Source: a virus. From it: a stretch of DNA of 64,000 nt. The stretch covers positions 1 to 64,000 of the IMG/VR virus record IMGVR_UViG_3300037461_001096. One strand, 5' to 3'. The notes beneath the pieces are model-generated. The model saw only the letters and a program-made list of their open reading frames with translations. It was not told where the DNA came from and searched no databases. Each line of letters starts with the position of its first letter. Positions within the stretch are counted from its first letter, which is position 1. A program made the translations under genes and the position numbers. This document shows positions 18,241-27,371 of the stretch, piece by piece.

Positions 18241-19128
18241 ATGAGCAACGTAATTGATTTTGGATTCGACAGTGCGAAGGTTATTAAGGTATCCGGGGTT
18301 GAGGTATTCAAGCAGACCAGATCTGGAGAGAAACACCGGGTATCCATCGTGTCTTTCTATCGTCATCACGACATAATCCTAGCCAGAAAGACGGCCGAGG
18401 CAGGTCGGGACCTGACGGATGAAGAGAAAGCGCAGTATATGTCGAGAATCGATGCGAAGCTTGCTGAAAGACTTAAGAAACCAGTCGAAAAACTGACTGA
18501 AGTCGACCGGCTTGACATCACCAAGGTAAAGCTATCCATGGCGTACACACACTTCCATGATGGTGTTGGGACGATCCGCTGTCTTAGTAAATATGAAGGT
18601 CAAACAATGGTTAGACCTGAGGTGTGCTGTGACAGATTTGGCGAGGCAGATCAAAAGGTTGGGTCTGTCATTATGACATACCCAATTGATGATAAGGGTC
18701 AAGTTGACGCCGAATTACTTAAGATGCGTAAATACACAAATTTCTATGTGTGGGTCATGACTGCCAAGAAATATAAGAAACTTGAAGCAGCTTATACTGA
18801 TGCGAGGAATGATAAGCGTGAAGTCATTGACTTACGAGTCACACTCGATGGTGACCCAAAATATCAGAAACAACAGATTGAGGCAGCGAGCACTGCATTT
18901 TGGGCTAGAGAAGACGCCGACCCAGAAATACGGAATTGGGTGCTTGACCAAGGTTTGCGTGCACATAAACACGTTGGTTTTAACCTTGGCTTCGAAATCA
19001 CGCGAGATAAGCTCATGGAAAAGCTTAGTATGCTATCAAGCGGAGCTTCATCTTCCCAGGTTTCAGCTAGCGCTCAGTCTGACGCTCCCCGTCTAGTGTC
19101 GAGTTACGACGAACTACTTCAGGGATGA
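18241..19128 (+). CDS. Putative phage single-stranded DNA-binding / replication protein
   Basis: 295 aa, AGGAG SD; H/C/C residues, low-complexity linker and ..YDELLQG tail reminiscent of gp32-type SSBs. Confidence 0.45.
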   Translation: MSNVIDFGFDSAKVIKVSGVEVFKQTRSGEKHRVSIVSFYRHHDIILARKTAEAGRDLTDEEKAQYMSRIDAKLAERLKKPVEKLTEVDRLDITKVKLSMAYTHFHDGVGTIRCLSKYEGQTMVRPEVCCDRFGEADQKVGSVIMTYPIDDKGQVDAELLKMRKYTNFYVWVMTAKKYKKLEAAYTDARNDKREVIDLRVTLDGDPKYQKQQIEAASTAFWAREDADPEIRNWVLDQGLRAHKHVGFNLGFEITRDKLMEKLSMLSSGASSSQVSASAQSDAPRLVSSYDELLQG

Positions 19129-19221
19129 TGGGCTAGAAGCCCACAACGTCCTACTGAAATCCACATACGATAATATTCAAACTTCAGGTTAGTTTGTAAC
19201 TTTCATCAGTGTGGTTCTCTG

Positions 19222-19539
19222 ATGGAGAAAGTTATGAACAAACTTGAAATAATTGCTCTAAGAATAGCCAAAGACCACTCTAAAGATGATGTTCGGAATC
19301 GTGGAGATGTGGTCTTTCCAGCAGGTAGCAAGAAAGTCAAAGATAATAAGGACCACTTTCCGATAAATAGCGAAAATCAAGCTCGAAATGCTCTTAGTCG
19401 AGCTAATCAATATGATATTGTACCAGATTGGTATAATGGTTCTTTGAAGGAATTATTGAAAACAGTAGTTCATAAGGTCCATGGAAAGTACCCGGATATT
19501 GAAATTTCTGGAGCTTCGAAGAAATCAGGGAAGGGGTAG
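19222..19539 (+). CDS. Putative virion (head) protein
   Basis: N-terminal IIALRIA motif; FPINSENQARNALSRANQ resembles a small phage head-associated domain. Confidence 0.55.
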   Translation: MEKVMNKLEIIALRIAKDHSKDDVRNRGDVVFPAGSKKVKDNKDHFPINSENQARNALSRANQYDIVPDWYNGSLKELLKTVVHKVHGKYPDIEISGASKKSGKG

Positions 19540-19541
19540 TT

Positions 19542-20876
19542 CTATTCTAAAAATAACCGAATTTTTTCAGATTTCCTGAGTTTATTCAGTGCTTTTGCTT
19601 CAATTTGACGTGCTCGTTCGCGTGTGACACTGAATCGTTGCCCGATCTCTTCAAGCGTACATTCCTCCATACCGAAGCGTAACCGCAGCACTTCTTGCTC
19701 ACGTTCTGTTAAAGTTTTAAGTAACTCGTGGACTAAAGTGTTTAAGCGATTCTTGACGAGTATATCCCACGGACCAAGACATACATCCTGATAGTCATCG
19801 TTTAAGTTAGCTGATGTTTTAAGGTCGACAGTGTTATCTATCTCAAGCAGTTCTTTTGTCTTTTTAACTGGTATATTTATTTTAGTTGCAAATTCTTCCA
19901 CAGTAGGGTTGCTACCTGATTCTCGCGTTGTCATTTGATAAGTATATATAGCTTTCTTTCTCATTCTAAGAACCCCAATAGGTATATGGATCATGCGTGT
20001 CTGTTCATCAATTGCTTTGGATATTTCGTTACAAATCCAGTGAAAAGAATACGTTGAAAATCGGTTCCCACAACGGTAGTCAAATTTGTCTACCGCTTTT
20101 ATTAAACCGATGTTACCTTCTTGTATTAGGTCAATAATGTCTATATCTTTTTTACACTTATTGGCGATGTATATAACCAGTCTCAAATTCGCCTGGATGA
20201 ATTTTATCCTTGCCTGTTCCGCCGTATGTTGTCCACGTTTTATTTCGGCGCATACCTCGCGTGCACAGTTTATATCCATACCAAGTACATCACGAATTAT
20301 ACGCTCGTCGTTTTCAATTTGTTGCAGAAAGTTCGTGATGTGTATATTCAACTGCTTACGATGTAATCGTATATTAGCAAATAGTTTAAAGATCTCATTA
20401 TTGACAGCTTGTACATCAACTGATGGTACACACTCGCGTTTTGATTGAAGTTCTGGAAGTTTTCCAAATAAGTGGATTAGACTGTTTTTAGTTAATTTGT
20501 CGTCATTGTCGCCATTACGTAAAATTTCACTTAGCTTTATCCTATCAAGAGCAAGACATTTTCCTAGATAAATGAACTTGTTAACCGTCAGTCGTGAACG
20601 AAGTAGAGCATTCAGTATAATTCGTTCACCTTGTTCAATTTGTTGGGCCAGCTTAATCTCATCATCTCGACTTAACAAGTCGACATTCTTTGCTGCACGT
20701 AAATACACACTTTTACTGTCTGCAATATTAATCGTCGCAGATTCAGGTCGTTGTGTTTTGGACAACACTGTCTTGGTGTTGGTATGAAGTTCATTGTTAT
20801 GAACAGCGTGGAGTTTGCAATTTAGTGTGGGCATATGTGTGACAGAGTTATTATCAATGGTTACTAACATGCACAA
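19542..20876 (-). CDS. RpoD-like sigma70 factor (divergent)
   Basis: Region 1.2 YLR..LLSRDDEIKLA, region 2 NLRLV..DLIQEGNIGLIKAVDKFDY..FSTY, region 4 LTEREQEVLRLRFG..TLEEIGQRFSVTRERARQIEAKAL. Confidence 0.92.
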   Translation of the reverse strand: MCMLVTIDNNSVTHMPTLNCKLHAVHNNELHTNTKTVLSKTQRPESATINIADSKSVYLRAAKNVDLLSRDDEIKLAQQIEQGERIILNALLRSRLTVNKFIYLGKCLALDRIKLSEILRNGDNDDKLTKNSLIHLFGKLPELQSKRECVPSVDVQAVNNEIFKLFANIRLHRKQLNIHITNFLQQIENDERIIRDVLGMDINCAREVCAEIKRGQHTAEQARIKFIQANLRLVIYIANKCKKDIDIIDLIQEGNIGLIKAVDKFDYRCGNRFSTYSFHWICNEISKAIDEQTRMIHIPIGVLRMRKKAIYTYQMTTRESGSNPTVEEFATKINIPVKKTKELLEIDNTVDLKTSANLNDDYQDVCLGPWDILVKNRLNTLVHELLKTLTEREQEVLRLRFGMEECTLEEIGQRFSVTRERARQIEAKALNKLRKSEKIRLFLE

Positions 20877-21015
20877 GTTTACATCAACCGTGATGTTTTA
20901 GTATAAATTTATACATACTATTTATTTAACATTTTCCGCGTGTAATTTAACTATGATAACTAGTAATCGCGTTGATGCACAAATCCATAATCGGTTTTTC
21001 TGATAGTTATACTAT

Positions 21016-21723
21016 ATGTTAACCCTCGGTTTAGATCCAAGCATAAAAAATTATGGATGGGCATGCTATGATAGTCAGGCTGTTGACCCACGGCTTCGTT
21101 GTGTGGCTTCTGGTCATGAAGGAACTCTTCCGCCAACAGTTCCTGTTGCACGCTTCATGCATTTCCGATCGTTAGTTGCTGATCTATTACGTAGATTTGA
21201 AGTAGACGTCGTTGGGATAGAATCGCCAGCGTATTCGGCCGGATCTTTCAGTGAAAATCATTTTGGGCTCATGATGTTTTCACTTGAAGCTATATTTGAT
21301 CGACGCAAAGATTGCGTTTTATTTGACCCAACTACAATCAAGCATATTGTGGGGAAGTCAACATATGGAAAGCTTGACATACAACGGTTTGTTCAACTTG
21401 ACACGATGTCGTCAAAACTTATAGATAATAATGAGGCTGATGCTTATTGTATCGCCAGGTCAGCAGCTCGATTCATGGAAATTCGTTCTGGACTCCTATC
21501 CCCTAAAGATCTGTCCCCAAATGAGCTTTCAGTATTTTTGACTAGATCAAAAAAGAAAAAGAAAATTGATGGGTCGTTGTCCGTCAAAAAGACGGCGCAT
21601 ATCTTTCGCGAAAATTCTCGGTTTTTTGAATTCAGTCGAGTCCCAGTAGGAAGTGTAAATCTCCCAATAAAATCAAACATCAGTCCTGCACTTATAAAGT
21701 GGTTGGAAGCTAACTCGATCTAA
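21016..21723 (+). CDS. RuvC-like Holliday junction resolvase
   Basis: LGLDPS..YGW, VGIE, PTTIK..VG, NNEADAYCIA. Confidence 0.8.
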   Translation: MLTLGLDPSIKNYGWACYDSQAVDPRLRCVASGHEGTLPPTVPVARFMHFRSLVADLLRRFEVDVVGIESPAYSAGSFSENHFGLMMFSLEAIFDRRKDCVLFDPTTIKHIVGKSTYGKLDIQRFVQLDTMSSKLIDNNEADAYCIARSAARFMEIRSGLLSPKDLSPNELSVFLTRSKKKKKIDGSLSVKKTAHIFRENSRFFEFSRVPVGSVNLPIKSNISPALIKWLEANSI

Positions 21724-21769
21724 ATAAACGTACGGATCGATGGTTAAATGCCTGTCATAGGAGGATCTT

Positions 21770-23107
21770 GTGTCCAAATCCAGTCAAGTGAAACTGCACC
21801 CAAAACTAAAGAAGTTCACCGAATCAGTAGAGAAAAGGACAAACATTAAGGGTGTTTTTGTGACACCAAAATTCCAACAGGAGTATACCCCGTCAGGGAG
21901 CACAATCCTGAATCTTCTCATAGGCGGGTCTCGTCTTCCCGATGGAACATTTGTTTGTCCAGGGTGGCCGCGCGGAAAGATTTCAGAGGTATTCGGTCGC
22001 GAAAGTTCGGGTAAGTCAACGATAGCCATGACTGGGATGGCACGTGCTATTCAGCATAGTGATAATGGATGTGGTTTATATGTGGACTTGGAATGTGCTG
22101 TCCAGGATCATTATGCCATTAGACTTGGCGTCGATTTTAGACCTCCAGAAGTTGGGGGTGACGGTAGGGCAATTCGTGTTCAGCCACACACATTCGAAGA
22201 AACTGAAGCCCTGGTCATGATGGCGGCGTTAAACGGTGTGGACTTCATTGTTATCGATTCGGTTGCAGGCCTAGTGTCAAATCGCGAAATCAAGCGCGAC
22301 ACTTCTGACGAAGACCAAAAACAAGGGGTGGCGGAAATTCCAAGGTTGATGTCAAACTGGATGCCAAAGCTCCAACCTGTTATTTCTAGGACAGGGTCTC
22401 ATGTGATGTTCTTGAATCAAACACGAGATAAGATCGGTGCTTCTCCGATGTCGAGAAGCGAAGAATCGTTGAAGACAACGACTGGCGGAAATGCTTTAAA
22501 ATTCTGGGCCTCAATCCGGCTTATGCTTAAACCCCGCATGTCAGCTAAGGCAAAGTTATGGAACCCATTAACACGCAAAAAAGAAGATATTCAGATTTCG
22601 ACAGATGTTGAAGTCAAAATGATTAAAAACAAGATTGACGCCACACAAGGTCACTCTGGGCTTATTACAATCCGATATGGCGTTGGCATTGATGAGCTAC
22701 GGACCATGCTAAACGTGGCCCAAGCATATAACCTCGTAAAGGTTAGTAAAAATAAGCAAAGACAAGAGGTATTCACATACATTCCTGCTGGTGGCCAAAA
22801 AATTGAGGTTGTTGGCATGGAGAAGTTTCGTGCAGAGTTATCAAAACGCAGACTCATTGACGAGCTGATCAGTGGGTGCACAGAAAATATTTTGAACGGA
22901 TTCAAAATGCTAGATGATGAACAGCTTGCCCAGCTTGCTGAAGACGCTGTCACAAAGCGCGAAGGAGATGATGAGGATTATGAGTCAGATGATGGCGGAG
23001 AAGTAGTAAATGTAGACGGTAAGGGCCTATGTGAGTATGGATATAACGAAAGCGACGGAGGTGGGACGATTGCAACCCCAGAGATCACAGATGAGATGAT
23101 TTCTTAA
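21770..23107 (+). CDS. recA: RecA-like recombinase
   Basis: GWPRGKISEVFGRESSGKST Walker A, YVDLE, IVIDSVAGL, FLNQTR, TTGGNALKFWASIRL, KNK; acidic tail. Confidence 0.9.
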   Translation: MSKSSQVKLHPKLKKFTESVEKRTNIKGVFVTPKFQQEYTPSGSTILNLLIGGSRLPDGTFVCPGWPRGKISEVFGRESSGKSTIAMTGMARAIQHSDNGCGLYVDLECAVQDHYAIRLGVDFRPPEVGGDGRAIRVQPHTFEETEALVMMAALNGVDFIVIDSVAGLVSNREIKRDTSDEDQKQGVAEIPRLMSNWMPKLQPVISRTGSHVMFLNQTRDKIGASPMSRSEESLKTTTGGNALKFWASIRLMLKPRMSAKAKLWNPLTRKKEDIQISTDVEVKMIKNKIDATQGHSGLITIRYGVGIDELRTMLNVAQAYNLVKVSKNKQRQEVFTYIPAGGQKIEVVGMEKFRAELSKRRLIDELISGCTENILNGFKMLDDEQLAQLAEDAVTKREGDDEDYESDDGGEVVNVDGKGLCEYGYNESDGGGTIATPEITDEMIS

Positions 23108-23118
23108 ATGGGTGTAAC

Positions 23119-24429
23119 ATGAAACTAAAGCCAGTCCACGTTAAAATAAAGGATTTTCAATCTATCGAAGAGATAGGTATAGAAATCGCCGGATTCACGT
23201 GTATCACTGGAAAGACTAATGTTGGCAAAAGTGCCATACTGCGTGCTATTTCCGGCGCTCTTCTAAACAAGCCTGTCACCAATCTCATCAGGACCGGCAG
23301 CAAATCCTGTCTAGTTAGGATTGTGTCAGAAGATCAGGACAAACCATGGGGATTTACATGGGAGAAGGCTGAAAAAGGCCTGAACCGTTACACAATAGAC
23401 GGTAAGTCAGAGAAGTTAGAAAACGTTGGACAAAAGCGACCGGACCTAATATCAGCTTTTGGGTTTAGTAGTGTTCATTTGGGGGATAAGGATCTATACC
23501 CCTGGTATGCATCTCAATGGACTCCGTTGTTTCTACTTGATGAAGGTGGTTCAACGGTTACTCAATTTATCTCTGAAATATCTGGACTGAACGTCCTTCA
23601 AGATGCCATATCTCTTTCACTCAAGAATAAGAGAAAAGCACTTGACGACCTCAGGACAGCGCAATCCGAGACAATTCAAATAGAACTACGTCTTAATAAG
23701 CTCACAAAGCTTGACGACCTAGGGGAGATCACTAAGGAGCTTGAACGCCAGGCTGAATCAATTGCAGGGTATGAGAGACGGATAACAAGAGGTAAGGAAT
23801 TAAACGAGTCAGTGCTCGAGTTATCTTCCAAAATTTCAAAATTAAAAGACGTTGAAACGGTTCGAATTTCAGATGGTAACATGGAAGATCAAATAAGCAT
23901 TATACTCTCCATGAAGACTAGACTGGAAAAGTTAGAAGTTGCTGCCAAAGCAGTTATAGCCATGCGAGGAAAGATAACTAGCCTGCCCGAGGTTCCACAG
24001 AAGGAGTATAATATATGGGAAAAGATTAAAAGATTTGAAGGGATAGACAGCCTAGAACAATCGGTTCAAGCTTTAGATCCGATTAAGTCGGTAAGCATCC
24101 CGGATGCTATCGACCCAAAGCTTTCTGAAGAACTTAACACTGCTTATCAGTATGAACGCCAAATCAGTAGGCTACGTAAATCTGTCGAAAAACTCGAAAC
24201 ACCAGTTCCTTTACCAAGCGATTTCAAAGAAACCTCAGAGCTTGAATCTTTGACGAGGGTAAAATCCGCCGCTGCAGAGATTAAACATCTCGAAAAGGAT
24301 ATTATGGAACTTGGGCGTGAAAAAGCGAAGATCGAATCTGAACTGGGGGACATTGTTAAAGAGCTGGGTTATATACCGAGCTGTCCAACATGCAGTCGTC
24401 CAATTATTTCACCCCATAATCACGTCTAA
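23119..24429 (+). CDS. SbcC/Rad50-like ATPase, N-terminal half ending at the zinc hook
   Basis: IKDFQS, GKTNVGKS Walker A, long coiled coil, terminal CPTC; no signature or Walker B motif. Confidence 0.75.
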   Translation: MKLKPVHVKIKDFQSIEEIGIEIAGFTCITGKTNVGKSAILRAISGALLNKPVTNLIRTGSKSCLVRIVSEDQDKPWGFTWEKAEKGLNRYTIDGKSEKLENVGQKRPDLISAFGFSSVHLGDKDLYPWYASQWTPLFLLDEGGSTVTQFISEISGLNVLQDAISLSLKNKRKALDDLRTAQSETIQIELRLNKLTKLDDLGEITKELERQAESIAGYERRITRGKELNESVLELSSKISKLKDVETVRISDGNMEDQISIILSMKTRLEKLEVAAKAVIAMRGKITSLPEVPQKEYNIWEKIKRFEGIDSLEQSVQALDPIKSVSIPDAIDPKLSEELNTAYQYERQISRLRKSVEKLETPVPLPSDFKETSELESLTRVKSAAAEIKHLEKDIMELGREKAKIESELGDIVKELGYIPSCPTCSRPIISPHNHV

Positions 24430-24489
24430 TTACTTCATTCCTTCGGGGATATAAGGTGGGGGCTTACTTTTCTTGCACACTCTATGATT

Positions 24490-25029
24490 TCAGATTTGTG
24501 GGGTTGGATCATCTGGTGGCAGGGTACCCTTACCCATAAGTACTGGAATCAGTTTCATCATCTCGTGTAGAACCATTGATAGCGGGCCGCCCGCGGCAAG
24601 AATTAAAGCTTGCCACCAGGGAATTCCAAACCCCATATTCGTTGTTAGAAATATGCCTAGGGTTACCACTAGTATGGATATACGAATTCCAGCCTTACCT
24701 TTGTCACTTTGGAAAAGAGTATTCTTCCATGATGTTAGCAGGTTGAGTAAGATTTTCAACACGATTGCAAGAGTCCCCATTGCTCCAATAAATTTTGTCG
24801 TCCTTGTATCCTGATCTTCTTGCTGAGATTTTAGAGTCAAAACAACTCTTTTGCTATCAATCTCGGCTTTTTTGGCATCGGCCGCCAGTTTTCTTTGAGA
24901 GTCAAGATCCTTTTGAAGTTGGAAGATATGAGCGCACAATTCTTCCGGTCCTTCACATTTCTGGGCTCTTGCAACAGCTGGTACCGAAATTGCCAGAATG
25001 GCAAACGATAAAATGAGTAATTTTTTCAT
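24490..25029 (-). CDS. Membrane protein with signal peptide and coiled coil
   Basis: MKKLLILSFAILAISVPAVARA signal; 2-3 hydrophobic segments; GAGGAG SD. Confidence 0.7.
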   Translation of the reverse strand: MKKLLILSFAILAISVPAVARAQKCEGPEELCAHIFQLQKDLDSQRKLAADAKKAEIDSKRVVLTLKSQQEDQDTRTTKFIGAMGTLAIVLKILLNLLTSWKNTLFQSDKGKAGIRISILVVTLGIFLTTNMGFGIPWWQALILAAGGPLSMVLHEMMKLIPVLMGKGTLPPDDPTPQI

Positions 25030-25091
25030 ATAAATCTCCTCTTGACACCCGAAAAATTAAGGTCGGAAATATCGACTCTTCCGACGTATCA

Positions 25092-25688
25092 TTGGGAATG
25101 AAAATCCAAATTAAGAATGCACAGGTAGCAGGTCCAGAACACCCGTCCTTCGGTTTACACAGAGCTTGGTACACATTTGGGGTGTTCTCCTCTGATGGGT
25201 CAGTTAAGCGGCTTATGCTAGTTGAAGCAGAGAATGTGTACGCAATTAACTTCTTAGAGTCTGTTGTGCAAGTCGATGGGGCAGTAAGTGATACATGCGG
25301 ACTAGTCTCTATATCCAGTCAAGAACCTCAAATAAGGTCAATATTTTTGAATGAAATCTCATATATTGATTTCGTATTGGACATGGTGGACGCTAATCGA
25401 TGGTTTGAGTCTCCCTTCTTAGTCGACATTTTCCAAAAGTCTCTATCAGACGTTGATAAAGTAGTCGCAACAATGAAAATGAACGCATTAATCAGGCGAC
25501 AAAAACGAGAGACACAAAACAAAAAGGTAAGTCAAGAACCGGACACAGAAAAACTTTCTCAACTCAAATCGGGCTTGATAAACCTTGGTTTTTCAAAGAA
25601 AGATGTCAAGAAGTTTATCGAATCAATTAACGATCAAACAAAGTCTATACGTGATTTGATGGCCGAAGGAATCGGAGCCCTGTCATGA
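25092..25688 (+). CDS. Protein with C-terminal RuvA domain III-like helices
   Basis: LKSGLINLGFSKKDVKKFI...IRDLMAEGI resembles RuvA C-terminal ALxxLGF motif. Confidence 0.55.
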   Translation: MGMKIQIKNAQVAGPEHPSFGLHRAWYTFGVFSSDGSVKRLMLVEAENVYAINFLESVVQVDGAVSDTCGLVSISSQEPQIRSIFLNEISYIDFVLDMVDANRWFESPFLVDIFQKSLSDVDKVVATMKMNALIRRQKRETQNKKVSQEPDTEKLSQLKSGLINLGFSKKDVKKFIESINDQTKSIRDLMAEGIGALS

Positions 25689-25990
25689 TATATTGTAAAG
25701 TCTGCGGGATAGAAGTGTCAGGTAAGACATACTGCTGCAAGCCAGTGGCGTCACGATGTGTCCCAGTTCATATCCCAATTGATGGGTACATAACATTTAA
25801 ACAACTGTCGGAGCTATCTGATATAGTGAGCCCACAGCCTTTTATAACTCCCCCTCAAGAGGAAGCTCTGACTCGTCCAAAGATCGACATATTCACGTTG
25901 TCCATGGGACTAGTAAAGTGGCTTGGGGTTATAGTGATATGCCTTACAATCGTAATATTTACAATAGTTGTTCTCAAAGCGTTCGCATAA
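25685..25990 (+). CDS. Zinc-ribbon membrane protein
   Basis: N-terminal CKVC..CC, C-terminal hydrophobic helix; ATGA overlap. Confidence 0.55.
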   Translation: MIYCKVCGIEVSGKTYCCKPVASRCVPVHIPIDGYITFKQLSELSDIVSPQPFITPPQEEALTRPKIDIFTLSMGLVKWLGVIVICLTIVIFTIVVLKAFA

Positions 25991-26436
25991 TAGGGTACTT
26001 TCCGGTCAAGTTAGACCCCCATATCCCTGACAGGGTTCTAGCAGAAATTGACGGTGAAACCGTCATTCTGGAAAAGAACGGTTTCTTTAGTTCTTACCAA
26101 GAGCAAGAAAAATCGTCAGTCATTAAAGCCGAAGCGGTTCTCTTCGAGGGAGAATGGGTGGTTATCTCGAATAGAGAAATGCGAGTGATGCCGCTTGCTG
26201 ATATGGACTGTTGGAAGAATAACATGGCTTCCAAACTTGTACAAGAGGCTATGACTATAAAAGGAAATCCCCTGAAGACGTTGAATATGCTTGAAAGTGC
26301 TGCTTTTCTTAGGAATCTGGATCTTGGTGGTTTTGTTTCGACATTGAAGACACAACGCGGAAACGAGGACGAGAGTCTAGAATCGGTGTTTCTCCGGGTT
26401 CGCGGCATCCGGGCGGGAGGAAAAACAAACGGATGA
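25918..26436 (+). CDS. Hypothetical protein (start uncertain)
   Basis: 172-aa ORF continuing the + strand run. Confidence 0.5.
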   Translation: MAWGYSDMPYNRNIYNSCSQSVRIIGYFPVKLDPHIPDRVLAEIDGETVILEKNGFFSSYQEQEKSSVIKAEAVLFEGEWVVISNREMRVMPLADMDCWKNNMASKLVQEAMTIKGNPLKTLNMLESAAFLRNLDLGGFVSTLKTQRGNEDESLESVFLRVRGIRAGGKTNG

Positions 26437-26733
26437 ACGACCGTTTCTTATTATCCATGAGAGCGTTATAAAACTTACCCGCAAATTCCCCATCCTCTTT
26501 AATTCTTTTAAAGAGGATCCCACTTTTTTGTCCAAAAGTTCCACGGCATTTTTCGCAGCAGTAATCTTGAATTCTAGACCTTTTCATACATCCGGAACAA
26601 ATGCCGATTTCAATAATATCAGCGTCAGTTCCACCCTCTTGTTTTTTTAGCGTATCTTTTTGCATTCTGATAGAGATGTCTATAACTTTCATGGGGAATG
26701 ATACGTCTAACATTGTAAAATTTACGGAAAGTC

Positions 26734-26937
26734 ATGAACCGATTTTATGTCATAGAGTATACTGACGAAGAGGGAGAACTGGTAATTAAACATGCGCTTC
26801 TCAGTCCAGAAGAGGCTAGAAAAATCCTCGATGCTATGGCCGAATCTGGTATAAATGGATCTATTATGGATATATCACCCACTCCAGATGCCATAGGTTT
26901 AAGACTGGAAGAAGTGGACAATGGACTTGAACCTTAA
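26734..26937 (+). CDS. Small hypothetical protein
   Basis: 67 aa, protein-like acidic composition. Confidence 0.55.
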   Translation: MNRFYVIEYTDEEGELVIKHALLSPEEARKILDAMAESGINGSIMDISPTPDAIGLRLEEVDNGLEP

Positions 26938-27046
26938 GAGTTGAAGCATATGATGTGCATCAATGATGGGGCTGCAAGTGTGATTGTGCGATCCATAAAA
27001 GGTTATCTCCTGCGTTTGTATATGGACTGTGCTTGACTGAATCCAC

Positions 27047-27313
27047 TCAGTCATGATTTCGTTTTTGGGAAGATTGACGGGGCTGACGGTCATAGTCACT
27101 GATGGAACACTGGATATCGGCGATAATTTCTTCACGTTCATCGACATCTGGTTCGTTATACCATAGGGCCATGAGGTCGTAAACACCCTGGTCAACACAA
27201 GCCAACGTGTTGGCAGCCATAATGAATTTTGAGTCTAGTCCAGACTTACTCATTTCGTTCACAATGTGTGTGAGGTTTAGTATTTGTTCTGGTGTGGTTT
27301 TGAACGGAATCAT
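27047..27313 (-). CDS. Hypothetical helical protein
   Basis: 88 aa, GAGGT SD. Confidence 0.6.
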   Translation of the reverse strand: MIPFKTTPEQILNLTHIVNEMSKSGLDSKFIMAANTLACVDQGVYDLMALWYNEPDVDEREEIIADIQCSISDYDRQPRQSSQKRNHD

Positions 27314-27371
27314 AACTTACCTCGGTGCCGATATCTTCCTTAGAATGGGGGACTCTTTATGGTCATTGCCA

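Noticed and set aside
26309-26713. Minus-strand Cys-containing 134-aa ORF
   Set aside because: May be real, but it overlaps 25918..26436 on the opposite strand by 128 bp and has no recognisable family, so it was not called.
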